Sequence record: OM632664.1
Direction: 5' to 3' (one strand)
Length of the DNA: 64,000 nt
From: Escherichia phage BEU5
Shown: positions 38,328 through 58,517 of the stretch, one piece after another
How the letters are laid out: every line of letters starts with the position of its first letter
Numbering within the stretch: the stretch's first letter is position 1
The notes under the pieces: generated by a model
Told to the model about the DNA's origin: nothing
The model's input: the letters and a program-made list of their open reading frames with translations, nothing else
Database searches by the model: none
Translations under genes and position numbers: made by a program

Positions 38328-39545
38328 TTATAGGCCGTTCAGCCGAGGTAGTTTCATAAAGTCCTCGTCACTCATTGCAAGAGGATTAACAAGGACTTCT
38401 GTCTTACGCGGTGTAACCCGTGATGGGGATGCCGCTGCTGCCTGTTGAGTATTAGTGATTTCAGACTTAGGAGTTGCAACACGAGTTGCTACTGGCTGAA
38501 CCACTGGTTTAGGTTGTTCAACAGGTTTCTGCTTAATCAAATCATTAAAACCACCATTAGCAGCAAGGTAGTTACCGACTTGATTATAAGCATCCAGGAA
38601 TGCTGTACCGATTGGGATTTGGCCTAAGATTTTGAGTCGTTCAATTTCAGAAACAATACGGTCGTAAATACCGTTAGCTTTCTGTTCAACGATGGTATTA
38701 ACCAGACCACGATTTTCCAGCAATGCCTGTTTGCTGTGGTCATCCCACGTAGTCGAAATTAACTGAAGAGTAGCTTGTCCTTCTGGAGTGGATTTAGCAT
38801 CTTCCAGTTCGGTTGCAAATGCTGCTTCAGCATCTGACACACGGTGATTACCAGCTTGGTATTTAACTTCCTCTTCCGGATTAATATCCAGAACATCAAT
38901 ACCAGATTCTTTAACCAACTTCTTAATAGCATCAGGATTCCCTTTAACTAAATCGATAGCATAAGAGAGTTGCCCTTCATCTAATAATCCGTTGTTTTCT
39001 AACATCAGGAGATACTTACGATACGGCTGAATCTCCTGCATTTTACGGGTATAGTTAGCTCCCATTTGCATCAGGCTAATGACCTCTTCAGGACTTTGAG
39101 GAGTAATCATTTTGCCGTTAGCTTTAAACGGAGCCATTATCCGTTCATAACCAGCCTTATAGTCGAAGTCAGTTTTCTGGTCTGATACCTGCTTGTCTTC
39201 TTCTACTTTTGCTTGGCCTTGCTCAGTAGTAGAAGGTGCATTATCAGTAGCAGGCTTACTGTTGCTGTCAACCTTATTTGGGTCAACTGTAGCACTATCA
39301 TTACCAGTTGTGAATGCATCTGAATTGCTTTCTGATTCAGAAGTATTTTCTACTTCAGTTGGTTCAGTAGTTACTTCTGGTTCATCAGTTTGTTCAACTT
39401 CAACAATTGGGTCTGGTTGTGCAGGAGTATTATTTTCTACCGGTTCCGGGTTGTTCTGAATGCTTGATGGACCAGGCATGTTCAGAATCTCTTCATCCGA
39501 CATTTTAAAAATGTCGGAAGCTGTTTTTGCAGCTTCCGTAGTCAT
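38328..39545 (-). CDS. scaffolding protein (putative)
   Basis: 405-aa ORF immediately upstream of capsid gene; acidic low-complexity N-terminal third (EPVENNTPAQPDPIVEVEQTDEPEV...). Confidence 0.45.
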   Translation of the reverse strand: MTTEAAKTASDIFKMSDEEILNMPGPSSIQNNPEPVENNTPAQPDPIVEVEQTDEPEVTTEPTEVENTSESESNSDAFTTGNDSATVDPNKVDSNSKPATDNAPSTTEQGQAKVEEDKQVSDQKTDFDYKAGYERIMAPFKANGKMITPQSPEEVISLMQMGANYTRKMQEIQPYRKYLLMLENNGLLDEGQLSYAIDLVKGNPDAIKKLVKESGIDVLDINPEEEVKYQAGNHRVSDAEAAFATELEDAKSTPEGQATLQLISTTWDDHSKQALLENRGLVNTIVEQKANGIYDRIVSEIERLKILGQIPIGTAFLDAYNQVGNYLAANGGFNDLIKQKPVEQPKPVVQPVATRVATPKSEITNTQQAAAASPSRVTPRKTEVLVNPLAMSDEDFMKLPRLNGL

Positions 39546-39570
39546 GGGAGTATCTCCGAGTTAGGATTAA

Positions 39571-39918
39571 TTAAACTTCTTCAGGTTCACCACGAGCAAC
39601 ATCCAATGCATTCTCAATATCTGATTGGACACCTACCAGTGTTTCTGCTTTCTGAAGAGTAATTTCCAGATAACGTTTTAAACAACCAGCAGCTTGAGCC
39701 ATAGCAAGAGCATCAGCACGTTGACGGTCTTCAAGTAATGGGTCACAGGATTCTTGTACATAACGAGCACAGTCTACAGTACAGAATTGCTCAAGAATTA
39801 CTTTACGGAAAAGGGAATTACCCATCAGCTTACGAACATCTTCTGCATAAGCACGAGCAGCTTTAATACCCTTCAGTTGGTGTTCCAGTCCTTCAATTTC
39901 TTTTTCTTTGCTGTACAT
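39571..39918 (-). CDS. hypothetical protein
   Basis: 115-aa ORF between portal and scaffold genes. Confidence 0.35.
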   Translation of the reverse strand: MYSKEKEIEGLEHQLKGIKAARAYAEDVRKLMGNSLFRKVILEQFCTVDCARYVQESCDPLLEDRQRADALAMAQAAGCLKRYLEITLQKAETLVGVQSDIENALDVARGEPEEV

Positions 39919-39920
39919 AA

Positions 39921-42704
<2,784 letters not shown>

Positions 42705-42724
<20 letters not shown>

Positions 42725-43331
42725 TACACCTCTCCAGAGGGACATTACCAATACGGTTAGCAATCCATCCTGTAGTGTACTCAGGCATATTAAGAGATAA
42801 ATAGTAGTTTAACTGTTTACCATCCAGAGACTTCAAAATGAGCTTACAGGCTTCTACTTTGCCTCGTTTATTCTGAAGGCTCTTATATGCACTTAGAGTT
42901 CCAGAACCGACTTTACCATCAACTTGTATTTTAGGGTAGTCTTTGCCATTTCTGGAGAAAGCATTAAGAGATTCTTGTAACCAACGAGATGGTCTTGCAG
43001 GTCCAGTATTAACACCAGCATCTACTAGTTTTTCTGTTACCGCCGGTGATACATCTGCAAACTTAACAAAGCCAGGCTTCAAGATGTAATCGTTGTAATA
43101 AATACTTGATGCCATTTCCTGAGTTAAGTTCTTCATTGAACCATCCCAGTTATACATCGACTCTAGTTCTTGCTTATGCTTTTGAGCAACCTGAATAGTT
43201 ACACCATGATTAGTTTCACCTCCTGGGTCTTTGGGGTCATTAACGTATCCACCCTCAACAGCAAATACAGCAGCAATGATTGCTGCAATAACTCCTCCAA
43301 CACCACCAACTTTCTTCTTACTTATTGCCAC
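42705..43331 (-). CDS. endolysin, GH108-type N-acetylmuramidase with N-terminal signal-anchor-release-like segment
   Basis: 208 aa; Gly/Ala-rich weakly hydrophobic N-terminus VGGVGGVIAAIIAAVFAV directly followed by EGGYVNDPKDPGGETNHGVT (GH108 EGGY motif). Confidence 0.7.
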
Positions 43332-43581
43332 ACCAATCCTCCTTTGGTTTCAAACGAACCAGTCGGCAAATAATATTCAGCACAAAGAGTGCTATAGCAA
43401 TGTTATTGCCATGTGGAATATCTTTGAGGATATGTTGGGGTAATGCAGAGAAAGAACTGGATAAGGCATCCACACAAGAGAAGAACAATATTGCTAATGT
43501 GCTAATCTGAATAGATGCCCATTTCCAACAACGTTTCCAATTAGGAACCATTTCCACATGTTTGGTTAACTTGCGAACCAT
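43318..43581 (-). CDS. holin candidate (two TM segments)
   Basis: start moved to ATG 43581 (GGGAG RBS); two hydrophobic helices ISTLAILFFSCVDAL and IAIALFVLNIICRLV and charged C-terminus; immediately upstream of endolysin. Confidence 0.45.
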   Translation of the reverse strand: MVRKLTKHVEMVPNWKRCWKWASIQISTLAILFFSCVDALSSSFSALPQHILKDIPHGNNIAIALFVLNIICRLVRLKPKEDWCGNK

Positions 43582-43898
43582 GCAAAAATCTCCCGTCTGG
43601 CAGCAGCCAGTATACCAATAATGATACCTGCTCCAGCCCATACCCATTTACCAAACAATCCAGCACCAACAACTTTATGTTTGATGGTAATGAACTCTTC
43701 AATAGTAGGGGCAGACTCAGCCAGAGACTTTTCTACATTCTCCAGTCGAGTGTCCATCTTATTAATAGACAGTTGAAGGTTACGTACAGCATCATCTAAA
43801 TCTTGCCGAGATTTAGCATCACGGGCATTATTTTCGAAGAGTGTCTTCATACGTTCCTCCATTCGAGCTAGGAGCACCTCTACGGATTCATGACTCAT
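43566..43898 (-). CDS. membrane protein with C-terminal TM (holin/antiholin candidate)
   Basis: 110-aa ORF; coiled-coil-like N-terminus and C-terminal hydrophobic VVGAGLFGKWVWAGAGIIIGILAA. Confidence 0.35.
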   Translation of the reverse strand: MSHESVEVLLARMEERMKTLFENNARDAKSRQDLDDAVRNLQLSINKMDTRLENVEKSLAESAPTIEEFITIKHKVVGAGLFGKWVWAGAGIIIGILAAARREIFAWFAS

Positions 43899-43912
43899 GC
43901 TAAATCCTTATT

Positions 43913-43934
43913 GAAAAAGCCGGGTATCCCCGGC
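43913..43934 (-). terminator. intrinsic terminator after the 417-aa gene
   Basis: stem gccggg/cccggc with loop tatc; TTTTT on minus strand. Confidence 0.55.
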
Positions 43935-44001
43935 TCTGTTAGTCCTAATGAACAGAGAGTGTGTTTATACACCCGTCAAATAGTACCGATATTTACTAGT
44001 A

Positions 44002-45258
<1,257 letters not shown>

Positions 45259-45287
45259 TTAATACCCCCATTGCTGGGGGTTCCTTG

Positions 45288-51861
<6,574 letters not shown>

Positions 51862-53454
51862 TCACACAATATATGAAGAGAGTGGGTTAACACTTCCAGT
51901 ATCATCACCATCATCCCACAATGGGTCACCTGATGTATTAACTGGAACCATACCTGCTTGTGGTTTCCACGGGTTCAGGTAGCCAAGCATTGAAATGGTA
52001 TCAATACAGTCATCCTTACCTTTAAGACCATTGATAGTGGCTAAACGAATTTGCCCCATAAAGAGTGTCATGATTGGGCTATCTTTCATCTCAGCAGGAA
52101 AATACATCTTACCAGCTTTGAACCAGGGAACCACGAGGTTAAACCTTGATAGCTTACTGGTTACAGGATGAATACCCGGTTGGCCTCCACGACTGGATGC
52201 AAAGTTAAAGAACACATTACGGTTAAGCATTTCCTTCTGAAGAAGAGAAATAAAACCACCTTGCTGTCCGGTAGTTTCTACACCAACTTGTTGTGGTTGG
52301 TATTCCTGAACCAGACGGAATAAGTCATCAAAGTTCTTATCCATAGTTTGACGGCAAGCAATACCATCTACCCAGAACCAGTCACCGTTAGAACCATATG
52401 CCCATACTGATATTACAGAGTAGTCAGATACCTGCTTCTCACTAGTAGCAAAGTCAGTAGTGATATAAAAGTTATAACAAGAACGTAGACGTAATAGCTG
52501 CGTACGGGAATACCATTTAATCTCTGAATCTTGAATCAGACGTTCATCTTCAGAGCTGATACGTAACATCAATTCCTGATAAAAGGATGCCAGCTTACCT
52601 GTCTTCAATGCCATCTGGTATTGGTCATTGATGTAGTCATAGGAGAAACGGTCTTCCCAAGCACCTTGAAATTCTTCTCGCGTACATGGGAATTTCTCAC
52701 ATACAGGCCATACGTTGACATCCCAAGCACCGGATTCAACTGCTTCAATAAGAATATCTTCCTTATTAAAGGGAGTACCATTAAAGATTACCTTACGTCT
52801 TGTTGGGTCGAGAGCATGGTTCACACCCTTATATACCGTGTCTTTAATGGCTTCCATTGATGTACGTGAGCGAGCATCATCATCACTAACTAAGTCATCC
52901 AGTACACACAGAACAGGACGTTTACCAAAAATCTTAGTACCGCGAAGACCCGTCTTAGCACCAAACATCTTCACACCAAGACGGTGACCTTCAGCATTTA
53001 CAAACTCAAGGTAGTTATCTGTGAAGGTAGCTTTAGGAATCCATTGTTGCAGGAATGGTGAATTGTTGTATCGAAACTCAATGTTCTTACGGGCAGACTT
53101 AACACCGTTATCCATAGAGTCAGACACATAAATCATTCCTTCTACTTTACCCAAGCTAGGTAGATGCCCAAACACTGCTAAGAACAAAGTAAAGTATTCC
53201 ATGAACAGAGTTGTCTTTGCTGCACCACGGAAACATAAGTTAGCAATGTACTGATTCTTACTGGTTATCTTATCCAGCATTTTTAAGTGAACAGGAGGGG
53301 TTTTGTTTGATTCCCCCTCCTTACCATTAACCAGCTTAATAAAGTTAGCAAAGGTCAGTGCAAACTCGGTTGGTATATACGTAGGGGTATTCAGAACGGA
53401 ATAGTCCACTTGGTCTAGCCATTCATCCAACTCCTGTTTAATTAGTTCAGACAT
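51862..53454 (-). CDS. terminase large subunit
   Basis: deviant Walker A FRGAAKTT, Walker B-like VLCVLDDLVSDDDA, C-terminal nuclease-like ITTDFATSEK...DYSVISVWA; start moved to ATG 53454 (GAGGA RBS); track start 53496 is TTG. Confidence 0.75.
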   Translation of the reverse strand: MSELIKQELDEWLDQVDYSVLNTPTYIPTEFALTFANFIKLVNGKEGESNKTPPVHLKMLDKITSKNQYIANLCFRGAAKTTLFMEYFTLFLAVFGHLPSLGKVEGMIYVSDSMDNGVKSARKNIEFRYNNSPFLQQWIPKATFTDNYLEFVNAEGHRLGVKMFGAKTGLRGTKIFGKRPVLCVLDDLVSDDDARSRTSMEAIKDTVYKGVNHALDPTRRKVIFNGTPFNKEDILIEAVESGAWDVNVWPVCEKFPCTREEFQGAWEDRFSYDYINDQYQMALKTGKLASFYQELMLRISSEDERLIQDSEIKWYSRTQLLRLRSCYNFYITTDFATSEKQVSDYSVISVWAYGSNGDWFWVDGIACRQTMDKNFDDLFRLVQEYQPQQVGVETTGQQGGFISLLQKEMLNRNVFFNFASSRGGQPGIHPVTSKLSRFNLVVPWFKAGKMYFPAEMKDSPIMTLFMGQIRLATINGLKGKDDCIDTISMLGYLNPWKPQAGMVPVNTSGDPLWDDGDDTGSVNPLSSYIV

Positions 53455-54139
53455 CAATAATATCCTCGTCTTCTCGAACCAGTGTGGAACCTGCAATTAC
53501 TTTAGTAGGTGTACCAGCTTCAATAGCTGCTTTCTGAGCTTCAGCCAACTGGGTTAGTGTATTCTTGAGTTCAGTCAATCCAGAGTTTTCTCTCAAATCC
53601 AGATTGATATTAGTAACAGCATCCTTCGGTTTCTGGAGGTGAGTAAGGATAGAGTTGGCAGCATCACACTGTACCTTCTCACTGGTAGCATTCTTCATGA
53701 GCCATGCCTGATGGTTCAATGCTTCCTGAAACAAATCCTGATTAACAATCCATACTGGAATCAGTGATTGTTCCATAATGAGGTTTACTAACTTACCTCT
53801 ATGGTAAGCAGATACATAAGCAGAGATGTCCTTCTCACTGGTTCCTCTTGCTACTAATTCAGCTTGTCTGTTGGGGAATGTTTTGAAATAAGCATCTTTG
53901 TTACTATACCCCATGTGTTTGTAAGTAACATATTGAACAGCATTAAGATAATCCTGGGTCTTAAACTTCCCATCCTTCATCACCCCAGCATAAGTCACAA
54001 AGTTATTTCTAATTTGCTCTGCTGCTGTCTGGTCTTGGGTCACATTGTTAATCATGTTTACCAGTTGGTCAGTAACACTGCTTTTAAACTGGGGAGGCAA
54101 TGCAGAAACAATGTCTTTCTTAGTCAGTAGTGTGCTCAT
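53447..54139 (-). CDS. terminase small subunit (putative, by position)
   Basis: 230-aa ORF immediately upstream of the large terminase gene at the head of the minus-strand block. Confidence 0.35.
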   Translation of the reverse strand: MSTLLTKKDIVSALPPQFKSSVTDQLVNMINNVTQDQTAAEQIRNNFVTYAGVMKDGKFKTQDYLNAVQYVTYKHMGYSNKDAYFKTFPNRQAELVARGTSEKDISAYVSAYHRGKLVNLIMEQSLIPVWIVNQDLFQEALNHQAWLMKNATSEKVQCDAANSILTHLQKPKDAVTNINLDLRENSGLTELKNTLTQLAEAQKAAIEAGTPTKVIAGSTLVREDEDIIDV

Positions 54140-54299
54140 AGTCTTCCTACAAATTATCTAGAGTGAAGAGGATTCTTTTCTTGGGGTTAGCACCCCTTGC
54201 AGAAACCTATACATAGATTTAGACTTTAGACTTTCTTTAGTCTCCTTACAATAGTAAGACAGAGACATGGGGAGCCTATTGCCCAAAGGAACCAGTAAC

Positions 54300-54608
54300 A
54301 TGAGGCTATTCTATAGTTTTGACGGTAATGACCAATGGAATGAGATAGACTTCAGTAAAATAGGTGGAGCTATCCCAGTTGGAGGGGCTATACCAGGTGA
54401 CCATATCTTATGTCACGATGAGGAGTCTTTCCATTACATCTCAGGTATGATGTTAATCAATAACGTCACTGGGTTTACTGTCCATAAACCTGCACCAGTA
54501 CGTGTCATTACCAAGCCTATCGAGGGTCTTGCATTCTTTACAAGAATACCTCAAAGTATCTCTATCAAACGACAGCGTGACGCCATCGAGATGACCGTGG
54601 TTGCTTGA
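54300..54608 (+). CDS. hypothetical protein
   Basis: ATG 54300 with AAAGGA RBS (track ORF 54267 has weaker context); 102 aa. Confidence 0.35.
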   Translation: MRLFYSFDGNDQWNEIDFSKIGGAIPVGGAIPGDHILCHDEESFHYISGMMLINNVTGFTVHKPAPVRVITKPIEGLAFFTRIPQSISIKRQRDAIEMTVVA

Positions 54609-54618
54609 TAAGCCATTG

Positions 54619-54657
54619 CCCGCCCAGGAGTTGGTGGCGGGAAACAGGGAACTGTTT
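54619..54657 (+). other. two adjacent hairpins downstream of the 54300 gene
   Basis: cccgcc...ggcggg (11-nt loop) followed by aaacag-ggaa-ctgttt. Confidence 0.3.
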
Positions 54658-54771
54658 GAATAACCACTTCAGCTACATTCACCTATCTCCAAGACACCTT
54701 TGTTATCTGCCATTGGGTGATGAGTAGTATCAGAGAGAACTGATTTAACAAACACACTCGGTATAGGAATT

Positions 54772-54799
54772 GGGAGCCATTTGGCTCCCTTTTTCTTTT
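54772..54799 (+). terminator. intrinsic terminator
   Basis: stem gggagcc/ggctccc with loop attt followed by TTTTTCTTTT; sits 20 nt upstream of the next ATG. Confidence 0.6.
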
Positions 54800-54818
54800 A
54801 TGAACCAAGGAGTTCTAT

Positions 54819-55184
54819 ATGAACATTCGTCCTAATGAAGTCTATGGTATCAACCTAGAGTACACTACAAACAAACCTGCTCTATTTCACTGTGGTTCCA
54901 CCAATCTATTCCATGCTATGTGTGGTAATACCAAACCTCTTTACTTACCTGAATCGGATGATACCCATGCTCTACTAGGTAACTGGTTCTTAGAAGGTAA
55001 AGACATTAGTACCATTCTTCTTGAACCAAGGAAGAAAGTGGCAATACCTACTAATGCATGGAATAACGAAGTCATTTACTTCCTGGCACCAAAAGGCTTT
55101 GAACCAGTGGTAGAACAGAATCACTTTAATCATGCAGTTACTTTCTACTTCAGAGAGACTTCAAAGTTATCTGCTTATAAATAA
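54819..55184 (+). CDS. hypothetical early-region protein
   Basis: 121-aa ORF with AAGGAG RBS. Confidence 0.45.
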   Translation: MNIRPNEVYGINLEYTTNKPALFHCGSTNLFHAMCGNTKPLYLPESDDTHALLGNWFLEGKDISTILLEPRKKVAIPTNAWNNEVIYFLAPKGFEPVVEQNHFNHAVTFYFRETSKLSAYK

Positions 55185-55192
55185 GGAAAGCT

Positions 55193-55321
55193 ATGTGGTA
55201 TATAACAGTTAAAGGTTTATCCGAACCAGTGATGATAGATAGCCTGGCCTTCATAGAAGTAGGTCATCCTATTCTTATAGAAGGTAAGTTGTATGAAGTT
55301 GTTAGTATTTATAAGAGATAA
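55193..55321 (+). CDS. small hypothetical protein (42 aa)
   Basis: ATG 9 nt after upstream stop with AAGGAAAG RBS; below the ORF-track length cutoff. Confidence 0.25.
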   Translation: MWYITVKGLSEPVMIDSLAFIEVGHPILIEGKLYEVVSIYKR

Positions 55322-55487
55322 ATAGGAAGTCTATTAGATAGATACCCTATAATTTTTTTCTTAGTGAAAATAGTCATAGTTACTTGTGAGTTTAGTATTT
55401 GGTGGGGCTACACCCCTTACACCATAAGCACCCCCCCCGGTCTTTACTAGTGTAGCCTTAGCCTACCCCACCTTGTACACGTTACAC

Positions 55488-55500
55488 GTTGCTTCGCAAC
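55488..55500 (+). promoter_or_regulatory. N4-type virion-RNAP hairpin promoter (P1-like): 5-bp stem, 3-nt loop
   Basis: GTTGC-TTC-GCAAC on top strand (template-strand loop GAA) followed by TTATGG; predicted +1 G 11 nt downstream of the loop centre, about 47 nt upstream of ATG 55552. Confidence 0.6.
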
Positions 55501-55551
55501 TTATGGACATGTTGTCCGTATCTTATCAATCAACTATTGGAGGCTAATACT

Positions 55552-55878
55552 ATGACTACTCAGGCTAACGTTCGTATGACTGTAGGAACTCTGTTGGGTA
55601 CTGTTAATGAAGCAGCAACTACTGTAGCTGATACATTCGGTACTGCTACTAAAGCAGTAGGTATGCTTAATCGTTATGTAACTAAACAAGCAGATAAACA
55701 AATCATTCGTGACAAATTAGAAATGCATGAGTTTACCAATAAACTTATTGAAGAAACTGCAATGCAAGAAGCTATTCGTCAGAAACAAATCTTAGACTTC
55801 TGCAAAGATGAACAAAACAAAGAATTGTTCTCTAATGCCTATGACCGTCTTAGCAAAATCTTAGCAGACTCTAAATAA
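55552..55878 (+). CDS. early protein, function unknown
   Basis: ATG 55552 with GGAGG RBS (track ORF 55489 starts at TTG inside the promoter hairpin); 108 aa, followed by terminator. Confidence 0.5.
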   Translation: MTTQANVRMTVGTLLGTVNEAATTVADTFGTATKAVGMLNRYVTKQADKQIIRDKLEMHEFTNKLIEETAMQEAIRQKQILDFCKDEQNKELFSNAYDRLSKILADSK

Positions 55879-55890
55879 TAACAAACAAAT

Positions 55891-55914
55891 GGAGGCTCCT
55901 CGGAGTCTCCTTTT
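55891..55914 (+). terminator. intrinsic terminator
   Basis: stem ggaggctcc/ggagtctcc (one wobble) with 4-nt loop, then TTTT. Confidence 0.6.
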
Positions 55915-55956
55915 ACATAGAACCGATAGTTCAATAACTATCTACTTTAAAGATAA

Positions 55957-55969
55957 GAAGCTCCGCTTC
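55957..55969 (+). promoter_or_regulatory. N4-type virion-RNAP hairpin promoter (P2-like)
   Basis: GAAGC-TCC-GCTTC followed by TTTTGG; template strand reads CATCCAAAAGAAGCGGAGCTTCTT with GGA loop, matching the N4 early-promoter hairpin as I recall it. Confidence 0.75.
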
Positions 55970-56082
55970 TTTTGGATGAAGTAATGCATCCAATCCTGTA
56001 TGAAATCTTAACCTTTTGTCTGGGATTACTTACCGACAAAGTAGTCTCAACTAATCAAAATCAACTATCTGGAGAGTACAAA

Positions 56083-56469
56083 ATGGCTATCACTACTTTT
56101 GCTAAAACCTTTGGTCAGGCTTCTACTAAAACTGAATCCAACAATGGTTCTCGCCCGAAAGCTCAGTTCTGGATTAACGTTGGCTATGTAGCTAATGAAG
56201 GCACTGAAGATGAACGTTTCATCTCTCTGCCTACTGGTATTCCACTGGATACTCAGGAGCATCTGCCAACCAATTCCTCTAACGAAGACTTCCGTGCAAT
56301 GCGTTGTGCACAGAACGATTTGTTAGACCAACTGATGGAATTTGCTAAGACTCTGGAACCAGGTCAGGAAGGAGTTATCTCACTGCAAGTTCAACTTCGT
56401 CGAGTTAAAGAAGAAGCTCCTGCTATCTCAGCAAGTGAGAATAAATATGCTCGTAAACTGACTTTCTAA
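56083..56469 (+). CDS. early protein, function unknown (N4 gp2-like activator is one possibility)
   Basis: ATG 56083 with GGAGAG RBS; track start 55972 coincides with the predicted transcription start and is rejected; 128 aa. Confidence 0.45.
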
Positions 56470-56476
56470 TCTCTAT

Positions 56477-56508
56477 AGGACTACCTTCGGGTAGTCCTTT
56501 TTAATTTT
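56477..56508 (+). terminator. intrinsic terminator
   Basis: perfect 9-bp stem aggactacc/ggtagtcct, loop ttcg, T-rich tail. Confidence 0.7.
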
Positions 56509-56611
56509 AACTATCTAAATACTAAAGTAGAGATTTTGACCCTTTTCGACGAAGGGATACTAAAAAGTAATGGATAGTTTGAGCAGATGTTTTAGAAGAA
56601 GGAGTATACAG

Positions 56612-56926
56612 ATGCATCCTCTTATAAAACGATTCCTGATGGACTATCAGGAGTGGTTAGATAATGGAGCCAGTGAACCTCATTACCTGTTTGATAGGGG
56701 TAGTGGACTGTGTGTTCAACTAGGCAAGTATCTTAGAAGACAGCCAATCAGTGAAGAAACAGTAGATGCTCTGTGTAAGAGCTTTACTCATTTACTTCCT
56801 GATAATGATACAAATCTACCATTCAATGTAGATGTTCTCGACTACATGATGGAGTGTTCTGATGGAAGATGTCATCTGAACCAAAGTCGAATTAATTGGA
56901 TTAAGAGTCAGTTGGAGAGTAAGTAA
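56612..56926 (+). CDS. hypothetical early protein
   Basis: ATG 56612 with AGGAG RBS; 104 aa. Confidence 0.4.
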   Translation: MHPLIKRFLMDYQEWLDNGASEPHYLFDRGSGLCVQLGKYLRRQPISEETVDALCKSFTHLLPDNDTNLPFNVDVLDYMMECSDGRCHLNQSRINWIKSQLESK

Positions 56927-56929
56927 ATT

Positions 56930-57367
56930 ATGTCATATGAAATCGTAAAACATTGGACTTCTAAGGCTGGGCTGAAGGCATGGGTATTGCTGGTAAATGG
57001 TGGTAGTCATCATTGTGGTTACGTAGAAATACCAGAAGCATTACTGGATAAAAACTTCTATGACTATATCTGTGATGATGAAGAAACACTTCATATTGCA
57101 GTACATGGTGGAGTTACCTATCAAGGTGTCCCTCAGTGGGCTGATGGGATTAAAGTCATAGGTTATGACTGTGCTCATGCAGGGGATAAACTGAAATGTC
57201 CTAAACAATTCATCGGCTCTCTTAGGGAGAAACTCTATGAGGATTCTTATGGAGTATGGCGAGATGAAGAATACTGCATCAATGAATGTGAAAGCATGGC
57301 AGACCAGTTAATTAACCTGATACCAAAATTAGGGTTTAACAATGAAATTCAGAACAGTAATGGTTAA
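56930..57367 (+). CDS. hypothetical early protein, Cys/His-rich
   Basis: 145-aa ORF with HHCGYVE, HGGVTY, GYDCAHAGD, CINECE (possible metal-binding). Confidence 0.45.
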   Translation: MSYEIVKHWTSKAGLKAWVLLVNGGSHHCGYVEIPEALLDKNFYDYICDDEETLHIAVHGGVTYQGVPQWADGIKVIGYDCAHAGDKLKCPKQFIGSLREKLYEDSYGVWRDEEYCINECESMADQLINLIPKLGFNNEIQNSNG

Positions 57368-57539
57368 TGCTCTTGATACCAGGGGTAATGAAATCATTAG
57401 CTATAAAGTGCAAGGCTTTAAATGGTTCAAATGGAAAACATTAACTAGCTTTAAAGAATTTGAGAAAGATAAAGCTATTAAGTTAACCAAGAAATTGAAC
57501 CAACGTAAGAAGATTAAATTAGTTACTGTAATTAAATAA
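57342..57539 (+). CDS. small basic hypothetical protein
   Basis: 65-aa Lys-rich ORF overlapping upstream gene end by 26 nt; weak RBS. Confidence 0.3.
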   Translation: MKFRTVMVNALDTRGNEIISYKVQGFKWFKWKTLTSFKEFEKDKAIKLTKKLNQRKKIKLVTVIK

Positions 57540-57549
57540 GGATAAGGTA

Positions 57550-57708
57550 ATGCGTAAATCACTAATCATGGGAACCAAAGAAGACGTTGCTAAGATGAAA
57601 GCTAAACGTCAGATGAATAAAGCAGTAACGTTTGCAGAACGTTATAGTACGTCTGAACCAGTACGTCGTATTGTTACTTTCAACCATCCAGCTATTAAGG
57701 GTATGTAA
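57550..57708 (+). CDS. small hypothetical protein (52 aa)
   Basis: AAGGATAAGG RBS; stop overlaps the next ATG (ATGTAATG). Confidence 0.3.
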   Translation: MRKSLIMGTKEDVAKMKAKRQMNKAVTFAERYSTSEPVRRIVTFNHPAIKGM

Positions 57709-57917
57709 TGCAAACTAAGGATAAGAAAGACTTAGAACGTCTTCTCCGTGTATATGGTGATTATGCATTGTTAGCAGAGATAACTAATATTATTGAAGAA
57801 GACTGCCGTAATGGTTATGCCAATAACCCACAAGCAATAATTCATCGTGATGCAGTAGTGCTTAGAGAAGCAGTCAGTAAGATGCAAGCATTACACCCAT
57901 TAAGACAACGAGCATAA
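57708..57917 (+). CDS. hypothetical early protein
   Basis: 69-aa ORF, translationally coupled to upstream small ORF. Confidence 0.4.
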   Translation: MQTKDKKDLERLLRVYGDYALLAEITNIIEEDCRNGYANNPQAIIHRDAVVLREAVSKMQALHPLRQRA

Positions 57918-57923
57918 ATAGGA

Positions 57924-57953
57924 GGGGGCTACTAAGCCCTCTTCTTATTTTTA
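57924..57953 (+). terminator. intrinsic terminator
   Basis: 7-bp stem (one G-U) gggggct/agccctc, loop acta, then ttcttattttt. Confidence 0.5.
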
Positions 57954-57990
57954 TCGTGGTTATTAAGCAACTATCTTAGAGGAAGGAATA

Positions 57991-58206
57991 ATGGAACAGT
58001 TAAACTACGGTTATAAGATTAAACGCAATCAAGTAAGAGGTTCTTGGTTATTTCTCGTTTATGGCAAGCCAATCTATGAATTACATCGTGGAGAGAAATC
58101 CAAGACCTATTACGTAACTCATATTGCTACAGGAAAGACTCCTGCATGTGCAGGATTGCTTCGTGATGCAATTATGAAAGCATGTATGTTAGAAGGACTT
58201 CTATGA
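57991..58206 (+). CDS. hypothetical early protein
   Basis: 71-aa ORF with GAGGAAGGA RBS. Confidence 0.4.
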   Translation: MEQLNYGYKIKRNQVRGSWLFLVYGKPIYELHRGEKSKTYYVTHIATGKTPACAGLLRDAIMKACMLEGLL

Positions 58207-58517
58207 ACCAAATCATTGCTATCCCACAGCATAAAGCTCGTATTGCTGACAGGAATATTCGTATTCATTATCCAATGCCTTTGAGCAATCCATTCCAGAA
58301 AAATGAGAGAACCACGGATGAAGATATAGCAGCAGCTTATGAGGCATATCTTCGTAACCGTTTGGTAAGCGGTGACAAGCTCATTACGGCTGAAATGGAA
58401 CGAATTGCTAAATTCATTATGGATGCTACTGACAAACCAGTTGGCCTCATTGGTAATGAACTGGAAGTGAATGTAATCCGTAAGATTATTATGGAGGCTC
58501 TTAATGGGAATCAGTGA
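58203..58517 (+). CDS. hypothetical early protein
   Basis: ATG 58203 overlapping upstream stop (ATGA) with GAAGGA RBS; 104 aa. Confidence 0.4.
   Translation: MNQIIAIPQHKARIADRNIRIHYPMPLSNPFQKNERTTDEDIAAAYEAYLRNRLVSGDKLITAEMERIAKFIMDATDKPVGLIGNELEVNVIRKIIMEALNGNQ

Noticed and set aside
55489-55551. track-defined TTG start codons for ORFs 55489 and 55972
   Set aside because: These starts lie inside or at the predicted hairpin promoters and transcription start sites and lack an RBS; downstream ATGs with Shine-Dalgarno motifs (55552, 56083) were used instead.
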